A stretch of 64,000 nt of DNA. Origin: Ascidiella aspersa (Eukaryota). Below the pieces are notes generated by a model, which was not told the DNA's origin, made no database searches, and saw only the letters and a list, made by a program, of their open reading frames with translations. Made by a program: the position numbers and the translations under genes. Every line of letters begins with the position of its first letter. Position 1 is the stretch's first letter. The DNA lies in NCBI GenBank assembly GCA_963924565.1, contig OZ004613.1:21576001-21640000 (forward strand), in the 5' to 3' direction. Shown one piece after another: positions 13,959 to 28,600 of this stretch.

Positions 13959-15129
13959 TTACAAAACAATCTAATGCACCTAATTTACAAATAAAACAGA
14001 ACCTTATTGACAATTTCGTTTGTAAATAGGCCCAAGTTTAAGCCATTATTTTAGGAGTGATTATCTCAACACTAAACTCTAAATGCTTTCGAATAGCCTT
14101 ATGCGTTTGGAACGTCAGTTCACTGCGATGTGACAAACACAAAAAAAATGAATGCATATATTTTATTTCGGAAGCATATATCAAATTGAAACAATTAATG
14201 GTCTCGCGCGAATTATCTTTCTACGTCCGGTTTGTTTACGTTTTGAAGCTGTCTTTTTAACTAGATCAGCACTTCTTTACCTTTGCGCCGTGGACGGCTG
14301 CCAAGTGCGTCGCGGACAAACGGAAAACGTATTTCAAAAATATTGGACTTGTCTCATATTAACTTTTATTTTCTATTTCTTATTTTCGGCAATGTAATAA
14401 AAACTTGCAAGAAATTGGAAAGAACTACTGCCGGTATACCAAAAAAAATCGCGCTCGCTTCGCTTGCCTTCACTTAATACGTTTACAAATGTTACACTAA
14501 TGTCTCAGGATATCTACACAACGGCCTGTCGTATGCCAAGCGCTATACGTGTCGTAAACTGTATTAATATAAGTCAAAGTAACTAAAACAACAAACACAC
14601 ATAAAACAGTAAAAGCGGCCAACGTCTGAAATAGTGGAAACGTTAGTTATCAAGCTTTTCTAAATGTTTTTTCGCAAGCTCCCCAAAACCCCGACTGCCG
14701 ACATTGGTTTTTGGGTACGCCAACAACAACAAGAGGAAGAAAAGGTGTGTGTGTCAAAGTAACTAATTATTAGGTGCCAACGGAAAACGTGATAAGATAA
14801 GAAATGCGTGAAAGGTGATGTGCAAAAGTGGAAAAGCGATATAAAGTGAGTGAAGAGAGAGGAAAACGAAAACACGCATACAACGATAAAACTGAGAAAC
14901 ACACTCACAAACGATAAATAATCAGTACAACACAAACACTGAGCTAGATTAACTTTAAATGTTATCGCGTTACCTCAAAGTAGTTTTATTACATTTTTTT
15001 TTGGTAGTATGGATGACGACGTGTGAACTCGAATTTTAAACTAAACAAACGCTTTTGTTCGCGCTTTGCGCCAACATTTTACTGCCTCCTTAAATTTTAG
15101 TTAACATGTTTTTCATTGCATAAACGATC

Positions 15130-15256
15130 CGAGGCCCGCCTGATTCACAGTTGCTCTAACATGTTTACAATACAATTCTTATCATTTTGTGCGGCCCGCA
15201 GAGACCTTTCTAAGTTCGATTTTGGCCCGCGACTAGAAAAAGGTTGCCGACCCCTG
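15130..15256. mobile_element. hAT MITE fragment
   Basis: Repeated ggcccgc subterminal motifs and terminal aaaaggttgccgacccctg. Confidence 0.5.
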
Positions 15257-17336
15257 TACTAAACCATCTTTATAGCGTGTGCACTCCTAACATCCCGCTT
15301 TTTTTAGAGCGAAGTACCACGCCACTTCCTGTTGAATTCTGTGTACCACCTCTCCGCGTCGCAGAAAAACATGCCCCTGCGTTCAATTTAATGTCTCACG
15401 CTTTTCAGACCTTAATAAAATAGCTTATCAATTGTCAAAATAAAATCTGTTTTCTGAAACATTGACTAACCATTCGCCCACAACAGATTTGACTTACATT
15501 AACCCAAGTAGGCTGTAAGTACGTGCAAAAAACATAAATTTACTACAAAGCACAAAAACAGAGCGTTAAAATCTAAAGCGGACATACAGTAAGTCCCGCG
15601 ACCGGGACGTTCTTGAACAGTCAGCACCCTGTTAGTAATTACAAAAACAGGCTGCATGTTGTCAATCGCTCAGCAGTTTAGTTACTTCCACAAATACATG
15701 TGGGCAGGACCACGGAAACTCCTTGCACGGTTAGACTTTCCGCTTGCATGAGACACGATGTAAAGGTTTTATTTTTTTTATTAAGAGCACCGCAGCTATA
15801 GTTCAAACGAAAGAGTAAGAACAGAAACACATTTTTTAAATTACTTGCTATTGTGCGTTATTTGTTGTATGGTGTATTTCAAAGCATTAAAACCATCATC
15901 CATGTAGACAACTATATAAGTCAATTTTGCACATATGCGAATATTGTTCATCTGACTTTTCCAATCCTGCCAATGATACGAGACGCCTTTCAGTAGTAAA
16001 TCGTGTGCCTTTAGGGAGTTTTAACTAGCCTTTTTTGACTGGAAGGGAAATCCTGGAAGGTCAGTTCATTCGAGTATGCTTTCCTGGATTTAACCCTGGC
16101 TGCAAGCTTTGTGGTGTATAGTAGTGACAAGCCGTTAGAACGGTTAGAATCGTTAGATGCACAACGTACGTACACCCTACAAACGCTTGCTCAATGCTCA
16201 ATTAGCCTACCAAGAGTTGTGACTTGCCAGTATAGTTTTAGTTTAGCACAGTGTTGTGTACTGTGTACTTAATTAATGTTTTCAAATGACTTGAAAATGA
16301 TTTGACTATATACTTTTTTGATAAAACTTTGACACTTAATGTCGTTAGGCAAGTGGCATGACTCAATAAAAGTGTTTTACTGAAAACTTTTTTGTTAAAA
16401 AATTGGTTGTTCACCTCAATTGTTTGACTTAAAAAGAAATTCGTTCCACTTTTGTTTCGTTTTTACTGTTTGCAATGTAACATATTGCTTGAATTAGCAT
16501 AGGCTTGTTTACACATTTTTATGGAATAGCAATAATTTTTGATATCAGTGACTTAATTTTGATACTAGGGATTTTTTACCTAAAAGCCACCAATACTGTC
16601 ATCGTTCCAAAAGCGAGGAGCATCAGGTTTTGCATTCTTGTTTTAAATCACGACAAGCACAAACTTGAAAATGCAAGTCGATGCAATTTCACTAGATACA
16701 TAAAGCTTTAAGCACAGGTTCACCCCGTCAAAATTAACCGGTCAAGCGCTTACTTTCGAAGTTTTACTAAATGCCAACGACAGTCATTCGGATTAAGTAC
16801 ATTTGAAATGCAATTAGTTTATTTCACTATAGTTTAAAATACATGGTTCCATAAATTCAGATTGAATAGTTTCTCGCAAAAGGTTGTTTGAAGTCTGTAA
16901 TAGGTGCAGGACAATGCGGTTTCGATTTACTGCAATTTTATGTAATATAATGAAACATACATCAAGCTATTGACTAATACCATTTTTTCGGCAATCTGTT
17001 TTACTATTTTCGATGTAATCCTTGTAAACATCGCTTCCAAATGATTTTTGTTAAATGATGCTGCCGTATTTCTTTTAACGCGAACTATCTGGAAAATTAA
17101 GAGTTATTTTTCACAAAACTTCACATGAAAAACGTGTAAGCTTTCTTTTTCTGGCCAGACTCTAGTTTCAAGAAGATCAAAATAACCTGTCCTAAACCTA
17201 ACTGTGTATAGTTTTACAGGCAGCATTCGCCGCCAGGCATTTACGCATATGTTTTAAAAAAACAACGAACCACAATTATTTGTTGCGGGTGTGCTATACG
17301 CGCTACGATATGAAAGTCTAAACGATTTGCGTAAGC

Positions 17337-17877
17337 CAGTGGTTCTCAAACTTTTTTGAGCGCGACCCAAATCTGAGTTTTATGAGCATCTCACGACCCA
17401 AGCCTCAAACATAAAAAAATGTACTTTTTCTGACATGCATGAAATAGAAAAAGACACAGACAACCAGTTGCAGTACACAGTTCTATTAAACAATGATTGA
17501 TTACAAACAAATGATTGATTTATTTTAGTGTGATTGGTGAAACTGAACTTTTTTTCTTTATAATATCAGCGTGGCTTGTTTGGTTACTAAAAGCTTACAT
17601 CAGTTTTAGCAGCTACTGTAGTTGGCTATGGCTATACTGTAGCTGGTTGCCATCAAAACGTCCATAAAACCACTTATGATGCAATAATCCAGGTTACAGA
17701 TTTACAGACACGTGAAAAGCTTATGATGCTATGCTACAGTTATGATTGAATTGAAAATATTTGAAAAATGAAATAAAAAAAGATCGTTTGCGCAGGATTG
17801 AATCACCATAGAGCGACCCATTTTTTGACCCCGCGCGATCCATGTTTGGGTCGCCACCCATACTTTGAGAACCACTG
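17337..17877. mobile_element. hAT (Charlie-like) MITE
   Basis: TIRs cagtggttctcaaa / tttgagaaccactg; perfect 8-bp TSD GCGTAAGC. Confidence 0.9.
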
Positions 17878-18580
17878 GCGTAAGCGGAAACGGTTTGTCG
17901 AAGTTAATAACTAAGTTTTCATTTACATAGAAATGACATCTGTTATGATGCAGATGACTACTAAAGCGACAGGCTAACGAGATACAAAAAGTATGGTGTT
18001 TTACAAACATTTTATCGCTTTGTTAAAAAAACAATACAGGAAACTATATTTTAAACATTAATCGAGGGATCTAAGCACACACAATGATTAATGATTAGTA
18101 TTCAAAATGCAAATGGTATTGCTTTTACAGGCTCGTGCTTGGAGTCTGAGGAGTATTCAGGATTTTAGTTTGGGATCATGAAAACTTTAGAAATGACTTC
18201 ACACGTTTGGTAAGATCAAAGAACAACAAGCTTTAAGACGAGTTGTGCAAAAATGTATAATTGCGTCATAAAGATTATAGCCTATGCTCGTTGATTTTCT
18301 TTGATAGTATATGCATTTTTAGTACTCCATACTTTTCTCACTTAAATACCATTAAACATTTACAGTGCACCATTTAAGCACCAACGTTTTGATTTACAGC
18401 TCTTTAAGCTATATTATTGCAATACTCTTTGTACTTTTTTGTCGTTATTGATGGCCTATGCAGATTGCAAATTATCACTTTGCTTAACACCCAAATTGCG
18501 CTGCTGATAGTAGACCAGCGCAAGGGATTCAGAACAGTAGCTATAGTCAGGAGCTTCGGAGCTAAGGATTTTCTTTATAA

Positions 18581-18969
18581 CAGCCTTTCTTAACCTGGGA
18601 TAAATTTACCCCAGGGGGTCTCGTTTTAGGGGGTAAATCCAAGCATATGTATTCAAGCTCTGAATATTGTGGTTTTATTTTCTTTAACTAACTTTTGCGA
18701 ACTTCTCTGCATTGCTAACTATCAAATATAAAGCACAAAACCGACTTCATGCTAAATCTGATATTCGTTGTGCATTATCACTAATTTCCCAGCCATTGCA
18801 ATTTAACTCGTTGCCAAAAAGCAAGGGCAGCCGTCACACTGACTATAACTCATGTAATTTGTTACTTTCGTTTTTTAATAAATGAGCACCACTCTATATA
18901 TTTTGGGTTAAATTTGATATTCATTTTTGTTCAGAGGGTAAAACATACTAAAAAGGTTAAGAACCCCTA
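18581..18969. mobile_element. Degenerate hAT MITE
   Basis: Ends cagcctttcttaacc / ggttaagaaccccta with internal ggggtaaa motifs; TSD not clear. Confidence 0.55.
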
Positions 18970-19670
18970 AAGACGAAGTCAGCCCCGTAGTCATCATATT
19001 AATTTTTGTGTACCCGAGGTCATTTCAAATTTTGCAGAGCTAAACATATGAAATGATATCCGCTCCAGCTACAGTTTTCGGTAGCACTTACCACATTTCT
19101 TTTTTCTTGCCTTGGAAAAATTCTGGACAGCATTGTTTTAATAGAAAATAATATTATTGAGACAAATAGCAAACATCTCTAATGATATTTAACAGCAAAG
19201 ACCCAATCACGTCTACATATTCTATTCTTATTTTAGTGGTTCTTGTTTAAGCAATTTTTTTACATTCTCGATTGTATTGGTGCAGGTATGACGCATGATG
19301 TTTGTTTGGTATTGTACGTTGTCAGATTGTAAATAACAAAAAGTTGATAATATGACTTTCCTTGTTTTTCTATCGGCCTAATGCAAAAAGAAAGAATGTT
19401 AAAGTCATGAAAACTAAACTGTATATTTGTTGCAAATATAACTTAAACGAGTCTTGGTTGAAGAAACTTAAAACAACTACAGCTACGGAGCCGGAGTTTA
19501 GAGCCATGGTAGGCCTATGTGTATGATGGCGCATTAACTGGAGCCTGGCCAATGCTATTTTACAGTGCCTATCTAGCCAGCCCCACGCAGTATTTCAAAA
19601 TTCGAATTCGCTAATCTAAGTTGTATTTACAATCGCAATCCGTAAGAAAAGCAAGCGATGTTTGATATTG

Positions 19671-22600
19671 TCAAAATTCCTTTCGCCTGGTGAAACTCAT
19701 CATTCTACCAATTCTAGGTGCTGCTGGGTCCGGGCTGGGAGACGTTGTTGGGGCTGGGCCTTCGCTTTTATCGAACGTCGGAGTCTCGTAGACGTTTTCC
19801 GGGTCGTCCACATCACTGCCGCTGTCGGCAGCTACCTTTTGAGGTTGCGACTTTTCGTTGCTCGCGTCTTGAAATTCGGCTGGTGCTGGAGTAGTGCGAT
19901 TTGCGTCCTCGTCGAAAGATTCGTCTATAACAAATGCGTTTTTTCATGAACGTATCACTTTGATTGGTTTGGTGCGCGCAAGAATCAGTATATAGCGACA
20001 CTTACGGAAGTACGGCGGGTTGGACTGATGGGAGCATATTTTATCATCTACTAATATAATTACCGAACTTAAATGCAAGTATGGTTACTAGTTCAGAAAT
20101 AAATTGCCTAATTTTAGGTATAGCGCGGCAAAAATGTTTATTTCCGTGTTAGGGTTTATTGAGTCTCTCGCCTCATATTGCTATGTTGCAAAACAAATAC
20201 TTTATCAAATAATTCGAATGAGCAGGTTATAAAAACTACGATACACTCTATATGTAACTATTTTGTACAGCGTATTAATTCATTTAATCTACTTATACTT
20301 TGCTCAGCCGAATTTTCAGGATCTTTTTTGTCAGAGCCAGATGAACTGTCTTCGTTAAAATCTGCACAATAAAATATGATGTACAAGTCAGTTGTTATAA
20401 ACGACCTACAAATAGTCAACTTCAGTAATTTAACAAACAAAAGTGAAAATACAACAATTCTGAAAAAAAACTTTGCACCTACCATCGTTTTCACGTTGCA
20501 GGTCTGCTTCGTTGTGTGCTTTTTCCGAAATGGATTTCGAAATATTATTGTAAGCGTTTTTCCACCAGCCGAACTCTTCTTGGGGTTCGGTATTTTCATT
20601 TGCTACAAACAATTAACTGTGCTATTAAACCAACGGCATAACAGAGATAATGTGCTATAAAAACATTATACATCTAAATTAGTTTTTGTAGGAAATCGGG
20701 ACACATTTTAAGATCTCGATAAACTTTTAGACAATGAAGTTTATTTTTCTAGCGAACATTAAACAACTGATTAAGTATAGTTTATCACGACAAACAAGAA
20801 ACCAGACAACCAGTGCAAAGTGACATAAACCTAAAGTTTCTTCAAGGTTCTCCAAGTGAGTAAGGTTTAAATTAAACGCGGAAAACCTAGCTTACGGTAA
20901 GATTCAAACCATGTTCTAAAGCAGTGGTTTTCAACCTTTTTTATACCGCGACCCATTTTAACAACCCAATGTAACTAACGACCCGCTTCCCAAAATTTTG
21001 ACATAGGCTTGTATAATACACTTGTGTATGTACAATAGAACAAAAAATAAAATTAAAAATAACATAAATTACGATACCACTCTGTAGAAAAAAATACTCA
21101 ATCATGCACACGGCTGCATTAGTGAAGTGACAGGTGTTGCATATTGGCGACAAGCCTGTCAATGCGCGGCGCTGTTGTTGCCAGAGCACATCATACCCAA
21201 ATAGTTTTCGTAACAATAACCGTTATTGTGATGTAATAACTAGTCTCGCAACTTTTTTCCTGGCTGCTGTTTGAACATTCAACTTTTATTCAACTTTTAA
21301 GCATTCGCTAATATCATTACAGACGTTTTTTTTTTAATTGTCGTCTTTGCGACCCCCCAGAGAAAAGGCAAACGACCCACCCGGGGGTCGCGATCCCCAG
21401 GTTGAAAACCACTGTTCGAAAGACTTTAACAAAACCAACTACTTTATAACTGTAGCAAAGCAAGAGACATCGCTGATGCTTTTTGTATACCCAAATGTGG
21501 TTTCGTTTTACCTATAGGGTGTCCCAAGTGTTTCTTTTGTTGCATTGTTTCTTCGTCGATGTGTTCAAGAGTTTTGTTAATTCGTTCCATTCTGTGAAAG
21601 TAAAGTAAGTAAATCCAAGAGTAAAACGTTTTGCAGGAAAATTGATTTAATCAAGTAGAAAATTCCCCGAAAACACATGTCTGTGATTTCTTCGACGAAA
21701 TTTGTTACTTTTATATTGCCTTAACAGTTGTAATGAGTTTCCCAGCAAGTGATTCGACTTGGGGGAACATGTAATTTTGCCTAAACATAGTGGCTTCACG
21801 TTTTTAGGTGTACTTTATCATTTGAATTAATGGCTGGACAGCAACTCTATCTATAAATTCTGTGTGTCAGTTAATTAGTTTGATGATGCAAAAATTTGAT
21901 TTATTATATTGCAGACGTTACGCATTGCATTTTAATTATTTTATGAAGTCATCTGTCAAGTATTTTTGAAAACAGACGATAAACCTGGGTTTTGGTTATT
22001 CGTATGTTTTTTATCTTGATTCGTTAAAGAATGAAGGAGAACCCAGTGATTCACAAATTGTGTCCGGTGGTCCACTATTGTTTCTCGAGAGATTTTCAAG
22101 TGTGCCGCGAAACTTTTTGTAATTTCGGAAAGAGAGTATTTATATTACATATGGCATATACACAAGCATTTTAGACTTAAATACGCATTATTCAATACAA
22201 ATTAATAACTTCGAGACATTTAAATATAGTTTGTCGTGTGTTACGGACGATTGTAAAATTACTCTATTGTTGCGCTGTTAAAAGTGTGCCGCGAAATAGT
22301 TTAGAGTTTTTTAGTGTGCCGCGAGTCAAAAAAGTATGGGAACCACTGATCTAACCTTTTGACCCAGTAATCGTATCCTCCTTCCCATTCTTCGATCTGC
22401 TGATCCAACTCCCTCTTTTCCTGATCTCTTCTCCTCCTCATTTCAGTGATGGGATCATCTTTGTTCTCCTTCTTGTCCTTCTTGTTTCGGAAGTACTGTA
22501 TCCTTCTCCTCTTTGACCAAGCTACCTGTTGGAATAAAAAGTATGAAATAAGGTACGGGCTTAATGCTTTCCTTGCATGTGATTTGTGTGTGTTTTTAGT

Positions 22601-25600
22601 TGCACCTTATGCCAGAAAGTTGAAGACCTATATGTTCATCAGATTTAATTGTTTGCAATATATCTGTTTGACGTTTAGTCAGCATTGGAACTATGTCCAG
22701 CAAAGTGGAAGCAAAAATTCAACACAGTTGTTTTTTTCCTTGACTATATCGCAAAAGCAATGTATGCCGTAATATATGCACACTAAAGACGTTTGTGCCG
22801 CTTTCTGAGTTATATTTATTGACAGTGCAGGTATGCTAAATATTTCAAGTATCGACACAGTTTGTGTTCATTTTCTAATGTGCGAAGAGATGCACAACGG
22901 TTTTGGCTAAAAGGATTTACAAAATTGGCTGAAAACTAGCAGAAAAATAAATCAGATGCGAAAAACGTTTGCGTTTTTGCAGTTAAAATACAGTTCACTG
23001 GTATGACCACGCATGGAAGTCAAAACCTTTTTCTTTTCGACTAATAGAAGTATCGTAAATCGTATTTTGAGCTAAAACACTGGATAATATAGAAACGTTA
23101 ATATATTTTTGAGAGAGAAAAGTAAAACCCGTTACCTCGCCAAAATGAAGCACAAGGGCTAGAATGGATCCGATTAGCAACGTGATGAACATTCCACCCA
23201 GGTTTCCGATGCCCAATCTGTTCGATTCAATATCAAATGTTGCTTCAGTGCACTCGGTTCTAAAAACCAACAGAATATATTTAATTGAAGTTGTGTTGTT
23301 TTTACATCACTTTCCTTTGACAATGTTTCAGTACTAGGCTTGAATATCCTTGAAAAAAAAAAGAAAAAAGAAAGATTTCATTATGATGTTAATAAAACTT
23401 TAACCAATCCGCCCCGCTTAGTGGTTGTCAACCTTTGTTAGCATCAGTTCTAAAGGGGGTCGCAAAATGATTATAGGTCTTAAAATAGAATATTCGAAAT
23501 CAATCACATCAAAGAAGGAAATGTGTCGTTTTATCTGTTTCAATTTGGCAATGTTTCTCTTTCCATTTACTCTGAAATGTATTTTTTTCTTGCTGATGAA
23601 TGCGAGCTCTCTTGTATTTTGATAGTGATGTAGGCTATGTTATGCGCTCCTGTACACTGTACAGTGGTTTGATCTAACTTGATAGATGAGCGTTTTAAGC
23701 GGTTCTTTAGAATTAATTCGGTATAATGCTATGCACGGTTACTGGTTAGTGTTACTTGCTGAAACATTTCGTTATCAACTGTGTCAGAGGCCTATTTATG
23801 CGAAGTGTGTTTAGAATATTAACTGTTTTACGAAAGGCAATGATTTAATTTTTGAATCCCAAATTGAGCTGCTAAAAAGATGGCTTAGGTTGAGAACCAC
23901 CGGTCCAGCTTTTTGATTGTTTACCTGAAGTTAAAATACTTTGCCTCCAATTCTTGCAACGTCCCGTCGTCTCTCAGTGAGGCGATTGCATCGCTGAACA
24001 CTGCAGTATATCTGGAGTTTAATTGAAACGGAATCGCGTACTGGTACTCCCAGAAACCTGAAGAACAATGGTGTTACTGACGTTCTGTTCTACAAGTAAG
24101 CATTTTAAAGATGTGGGCATTATCATTATATTTGTCAGGAGTTTTTTTCTAAATGAAGGAAGCTTTTAGTTAAAGTTTTTGAAACGCATTCATACCCTGG
24201 AACTCTTAAAATGAATATAATTTTATTGAATAATTGTTTCTCGGCTTTTCAAACCCATGGAAAAAAGGCTTTTATAATTATTTGAATAAGTTGTGGAAAT
24301 TGTCTTTTATAGAGAACTGCAGTTATTTCTATGTATCAGGATAAAAATCTGCAGCCTTAAGTCGACAATGTTTAATTGTTACCTGCTCCAGCTCTTGCGT
24401 ACTGACAGCTAAGCTGTTCTGCTTTGGCAACGTCGCGAAAGGGAGCCAGAAAGTAAAAACTCCCCTCGGAAATTCGGTCAAAAATTGCCTCCGTGCTGTT
24501 GAAGATATTCTCGGGATGTTCTTCCAGATACTTCCAAATGGTGCTGAATGGAGGAGAGTCGGCATAGGGTAGAAAATACTTTAGCATGTGGGCATCTTCG
24601 GTGGTCCCGTAGTCAAAATGTTCCTGTGGAAAAATAGTTTTAATCAATGGAAAATATACATAGTTTTAAAAAATATATAGTTTTAAACGGAAAATAGTTA
24701 AAATATAGTTTTAATCAGAAAATAGTTTTAATCAATTGCGATGCTAACAAAAAATTTGAATAGTAACTCATAAGGCATTTTAAAACCAAAAGAGATGAAA
24801 TCCGTTTTCATTACATACAAATTAGGCCTTAAAAAAGAGAAAAACTCACTAATAAGTTTTCACACTAATGGGATGTTTGCCATGCGAAATATTGCTTAGA
24901 ATGAAACGCGTTCACCTATTTTTGAAACTACTGAGTTCAAACAGTATTTCGGATGGCAAAGATATAAGTTCAATTAAACTAGTAGTTGTTATTGCAATGA
25001 TTTGGACAAGGACTTTACTTGCAATTTGTTTAAAATCACTTGAGTTGTTTTAAAGTTTGTTAACAGGGGACTGGAGTCATTTCAAATGACTTGTTTGTCA
25101 AGTCTTTTAAATTGAATTGTTTACACGCCTGCTTTGAAACGTTGAAATATATACTTCTGCTTATTTGAAGAAATGATTTGTGCTTTACACATGTTTTTTT
25201 TATAAAACTTTTTAATTGATGCTACAAAATTAAATTGTTGCGAAGCAAGAATCTCTCTTTTATATTTAGTGTCTGCAGCATATTTTTCACCAAGAAAGTT
25301 AACTGAAATGGCCTGAACGCAGTTAACTAACTGCTGTTGAAACCTGGCTTAATGTTTGCAAGATATATATAGTAAAATGGGGATTGCGTACTGGTTTAAT
25401 TCAACAGTGTCACGTATTAGGAAGTAAAAACGTAAAATTACAAAACGTATAGTCCTACATGGTAGAAAGCTAGATTTACATTAACGTGTTCGGTTATAAA
25501 TTTATAAAAATAATTAAAAGCTTTACATCAGTGCTCTTCAACCATTTTTGGTTTGGTGAACCCTTAAAGTTGTTGTGACGAACTCATGCACCCTGTTTAC

Positions 25601-28600
25601 TTAAAAGGTAAACTGAGGTAAGAAGCGATATGAAAAATCATTATGCATATCAATATCATAATGCCAATTAAACCGAGTGGAGCTGCCGAAGTTTTCGCAC
25701 TGTCGGTGAGAGTTTGATTTTGGCTGCAGGCTGCTTGCGAGTACTATTGCATGTCATACAACAGCATTCAACGTCAAATATTAATGATTCATTAAAAGTT
25801 TGTGATGCACCCTTGTATACCTTTTAGTAATGGTGCACCCCAAGCATATTTTGGTGCACACTAGGGTGCTAGGTGCACACCGTTAATTGAAGAGCACTGC
25901 TTTACATTACTGACCAAAAAAATTGGGAGTTGAAGTCTATACTAATTGTGAAGTACGAAGCAACGCTTCGAAGAAATCCCAATTGTTTTACACTTAATTA
26001 ATGTGTTTCTAGCCTCTTTGCACCTGTAATAGTAGTTCGTCCAAATCGGCAACCTCTTCAGAAAATTCTTGCGTGAGAAACGCAGTGAGGTTGGCGGTGT
26101 AAGCAGCTATCACCAGCATGGTAAAGTACCACCAAGTGCCGGTGATCATTCGTCCCGCGTACGACTTAGGTTCAATATCAACACCCTGGTGCACAAGGCC
26201 ACCGTAGGTCATCCATATGCTGTTGCCAAAACCTGCAACGCATATAGATGCCGGAACTTAATCCTGGCCAAACAAATAAAGGCCTTAAAAAAAACAAAAA
26301 AACATTTAAATTACTTACATTGTTTCATTTTCTAAACCTGCCATTCATTAGTATTTAGTTTTATACTGTTGTTTCCATTTATTTCTGTTCCCCATTCTTT
26401 AATATAAACCAATTATACTGGAGTTCCTGATTGTATAATTTTAACTTGCAGCTAGAAGAGCATTTTGGAACAAGATCTGGTTTTACCCAAGTTTCAATGA
26501 GTTGGTACCAGGGATGTCCGTTAATATTGGTTCTGGGATGATACCGGTCCTAAGGGGTATAGTATGGTTATTAGTCCAAGTTACAGTTTTACCAATTTTG
26601 CTGGACACAGCTAAAATGTAGCTTTTGTAAAAGTTATACATCTCCAAGACCTGAAACTTTAACAAAATAAAATAGATTTATGTTGTGTTTTTTCGTTACT
26701 TCTTTACGTCAACATTGTATGCAGCTTTGTGACGTCATAACATGAAAAATAATCATGGACAATACCACAAGATCCACGCCTACCTAATAATATCGTCATT
26801 TGGTATCGGGCCGGAAAAGCGGTAGTTTTGCCCACAATTTTGTATCGGACGGAAATATGTATTGGACATAGTGTTACGCCTAACCAGGTTCACAACTTGG
26901 GTCGTACCCAGAAGCAGTATTTTTTTAGGCAAGTCTAGCTATACTGTTTAATTTCAACTAAGTTGCAGTAATAACGTGTGAAACAAGTCCCAGTCAAGTC
27001 ATTACAACACTGCGTATGCGAAGGCTTTTCTGACTCGTGTTGTTAAAATAAGTACACAGAAAGCCACACTCGTTTTGTACGCCTTCAAAATACCAACGAG
27101 CGCCATTATAATTTATTTCTTTAACCAATGACTTATTTTATGTAAAAATGCGTCAACGTGAAAGTTTACCGAGTCTGTCGAAGTTTTCCACTTCCACGTC
27201 ATCATTCGTGTCATCAAGGGCCAACTTTCGCCACTCGAACGGATTAAAGTGATTGACCAAGGCTAACATGAGACTCACCACCACTAGAGAGGAGCAGAGA
27301 GCGAACCACGAGTCGAAAGTGAACGGGGCAAGAAACTGAAAAAACACCGTAAAGAGCTTTTCACTAATTTGTCTAATGACCAATAATGTTCATTTAGATC
27401 TAGCGCTGTGAGAAAAATGTCTTCTTTTGGCCAATGTGTTGTTATCCAGGTTAATCCAAGTAGCATAGCATTGCCAGGATCAAAATACGTTCACACAACA
27501 CACGTGTTTTGTTTAAATGTTGGAACAATGTGTTTTTTTTCGGGCATTACATTGGCAATAAGTAAACATCTTTTGTAATTAACATGGACTATTAATTCAA
27601 TATATGTACAGGATTTCAATTTATGTGACCAGTGGATTTTAGATGAAGCCACTTGGCTCACTATAAAAGAATTCTTTTATCTGAGGAGTGAAATTTCGTT
27701 ATTCGAGTTTGGTTTTAAACGCAAAAGCGAGACATTTCAGTTAACTGGCAGGTACACTGGGACAAAGCCTTAATCAGCTAACATTGTTGTACGTTATTCC
27801 AATTTAACATGTTATGTTTGATCTATTGTGGTGAACTCACAAGAGTAATTCCTGATTTATTTTGTTATTTTATTGTGCTATAGGTGGAAGTAATTGTTAC
27901 ATCACTATATCGCAGTGGTTTCCGAACGGGGGTACTACGACTAGCAATGGATCACTAAAAATGTTGCAGAGGTCCGCGAGTGCATTGGAAATTGAAAGAA
28001 TTTCTATTTTAATAAAATAATATACATATTCTGGATTCGGTGACTGTCTGGGGGTTGTATTTAGTTGGTCTTAATTAATGAAGGTCGCCAAACTACGGCC
28101 TGCTGGTAAAATGCGGCCCGGCGATTGAATTCTTTCGGTAAACATATTTTCTAAAAACAATAAAAATGTCTAGAAACCAGTTGAGTCGCGATTGAAGGTC
28201 CGATCTCGAATTAGCAGTCCTGTATTTCACCCATTCATGTAACAATTAAGGTTGTTATACTGCAAATTTACTTCTTATCCACCCACAATGTTTTTAACCC
28301 TGATGGACTCAACTTTAAGATTTACAGTTAACAACTGTACATTATGTTTGGTTACGCACTAGCCACTGCGCAAGAAAACAAAATACTAAAGTCTCAAAAC
28401 CGACTCATGCCGAAAAAATGACTTCGTCTAGTGACAGTCGATTCCGCTTACTGCATGCTACAAAGTTTACAGTTTCGCCTACCTGCCAAATGTTGACTGG
28501 CTGCTCGTTGCCCGAAGCTAGAGTGACCATAAAGTAGGAGACCTGCTGAAAAGCTATTGACCATTCTTCGTCTCCAAGGTAACCCCCGAGAATCGAGCGA

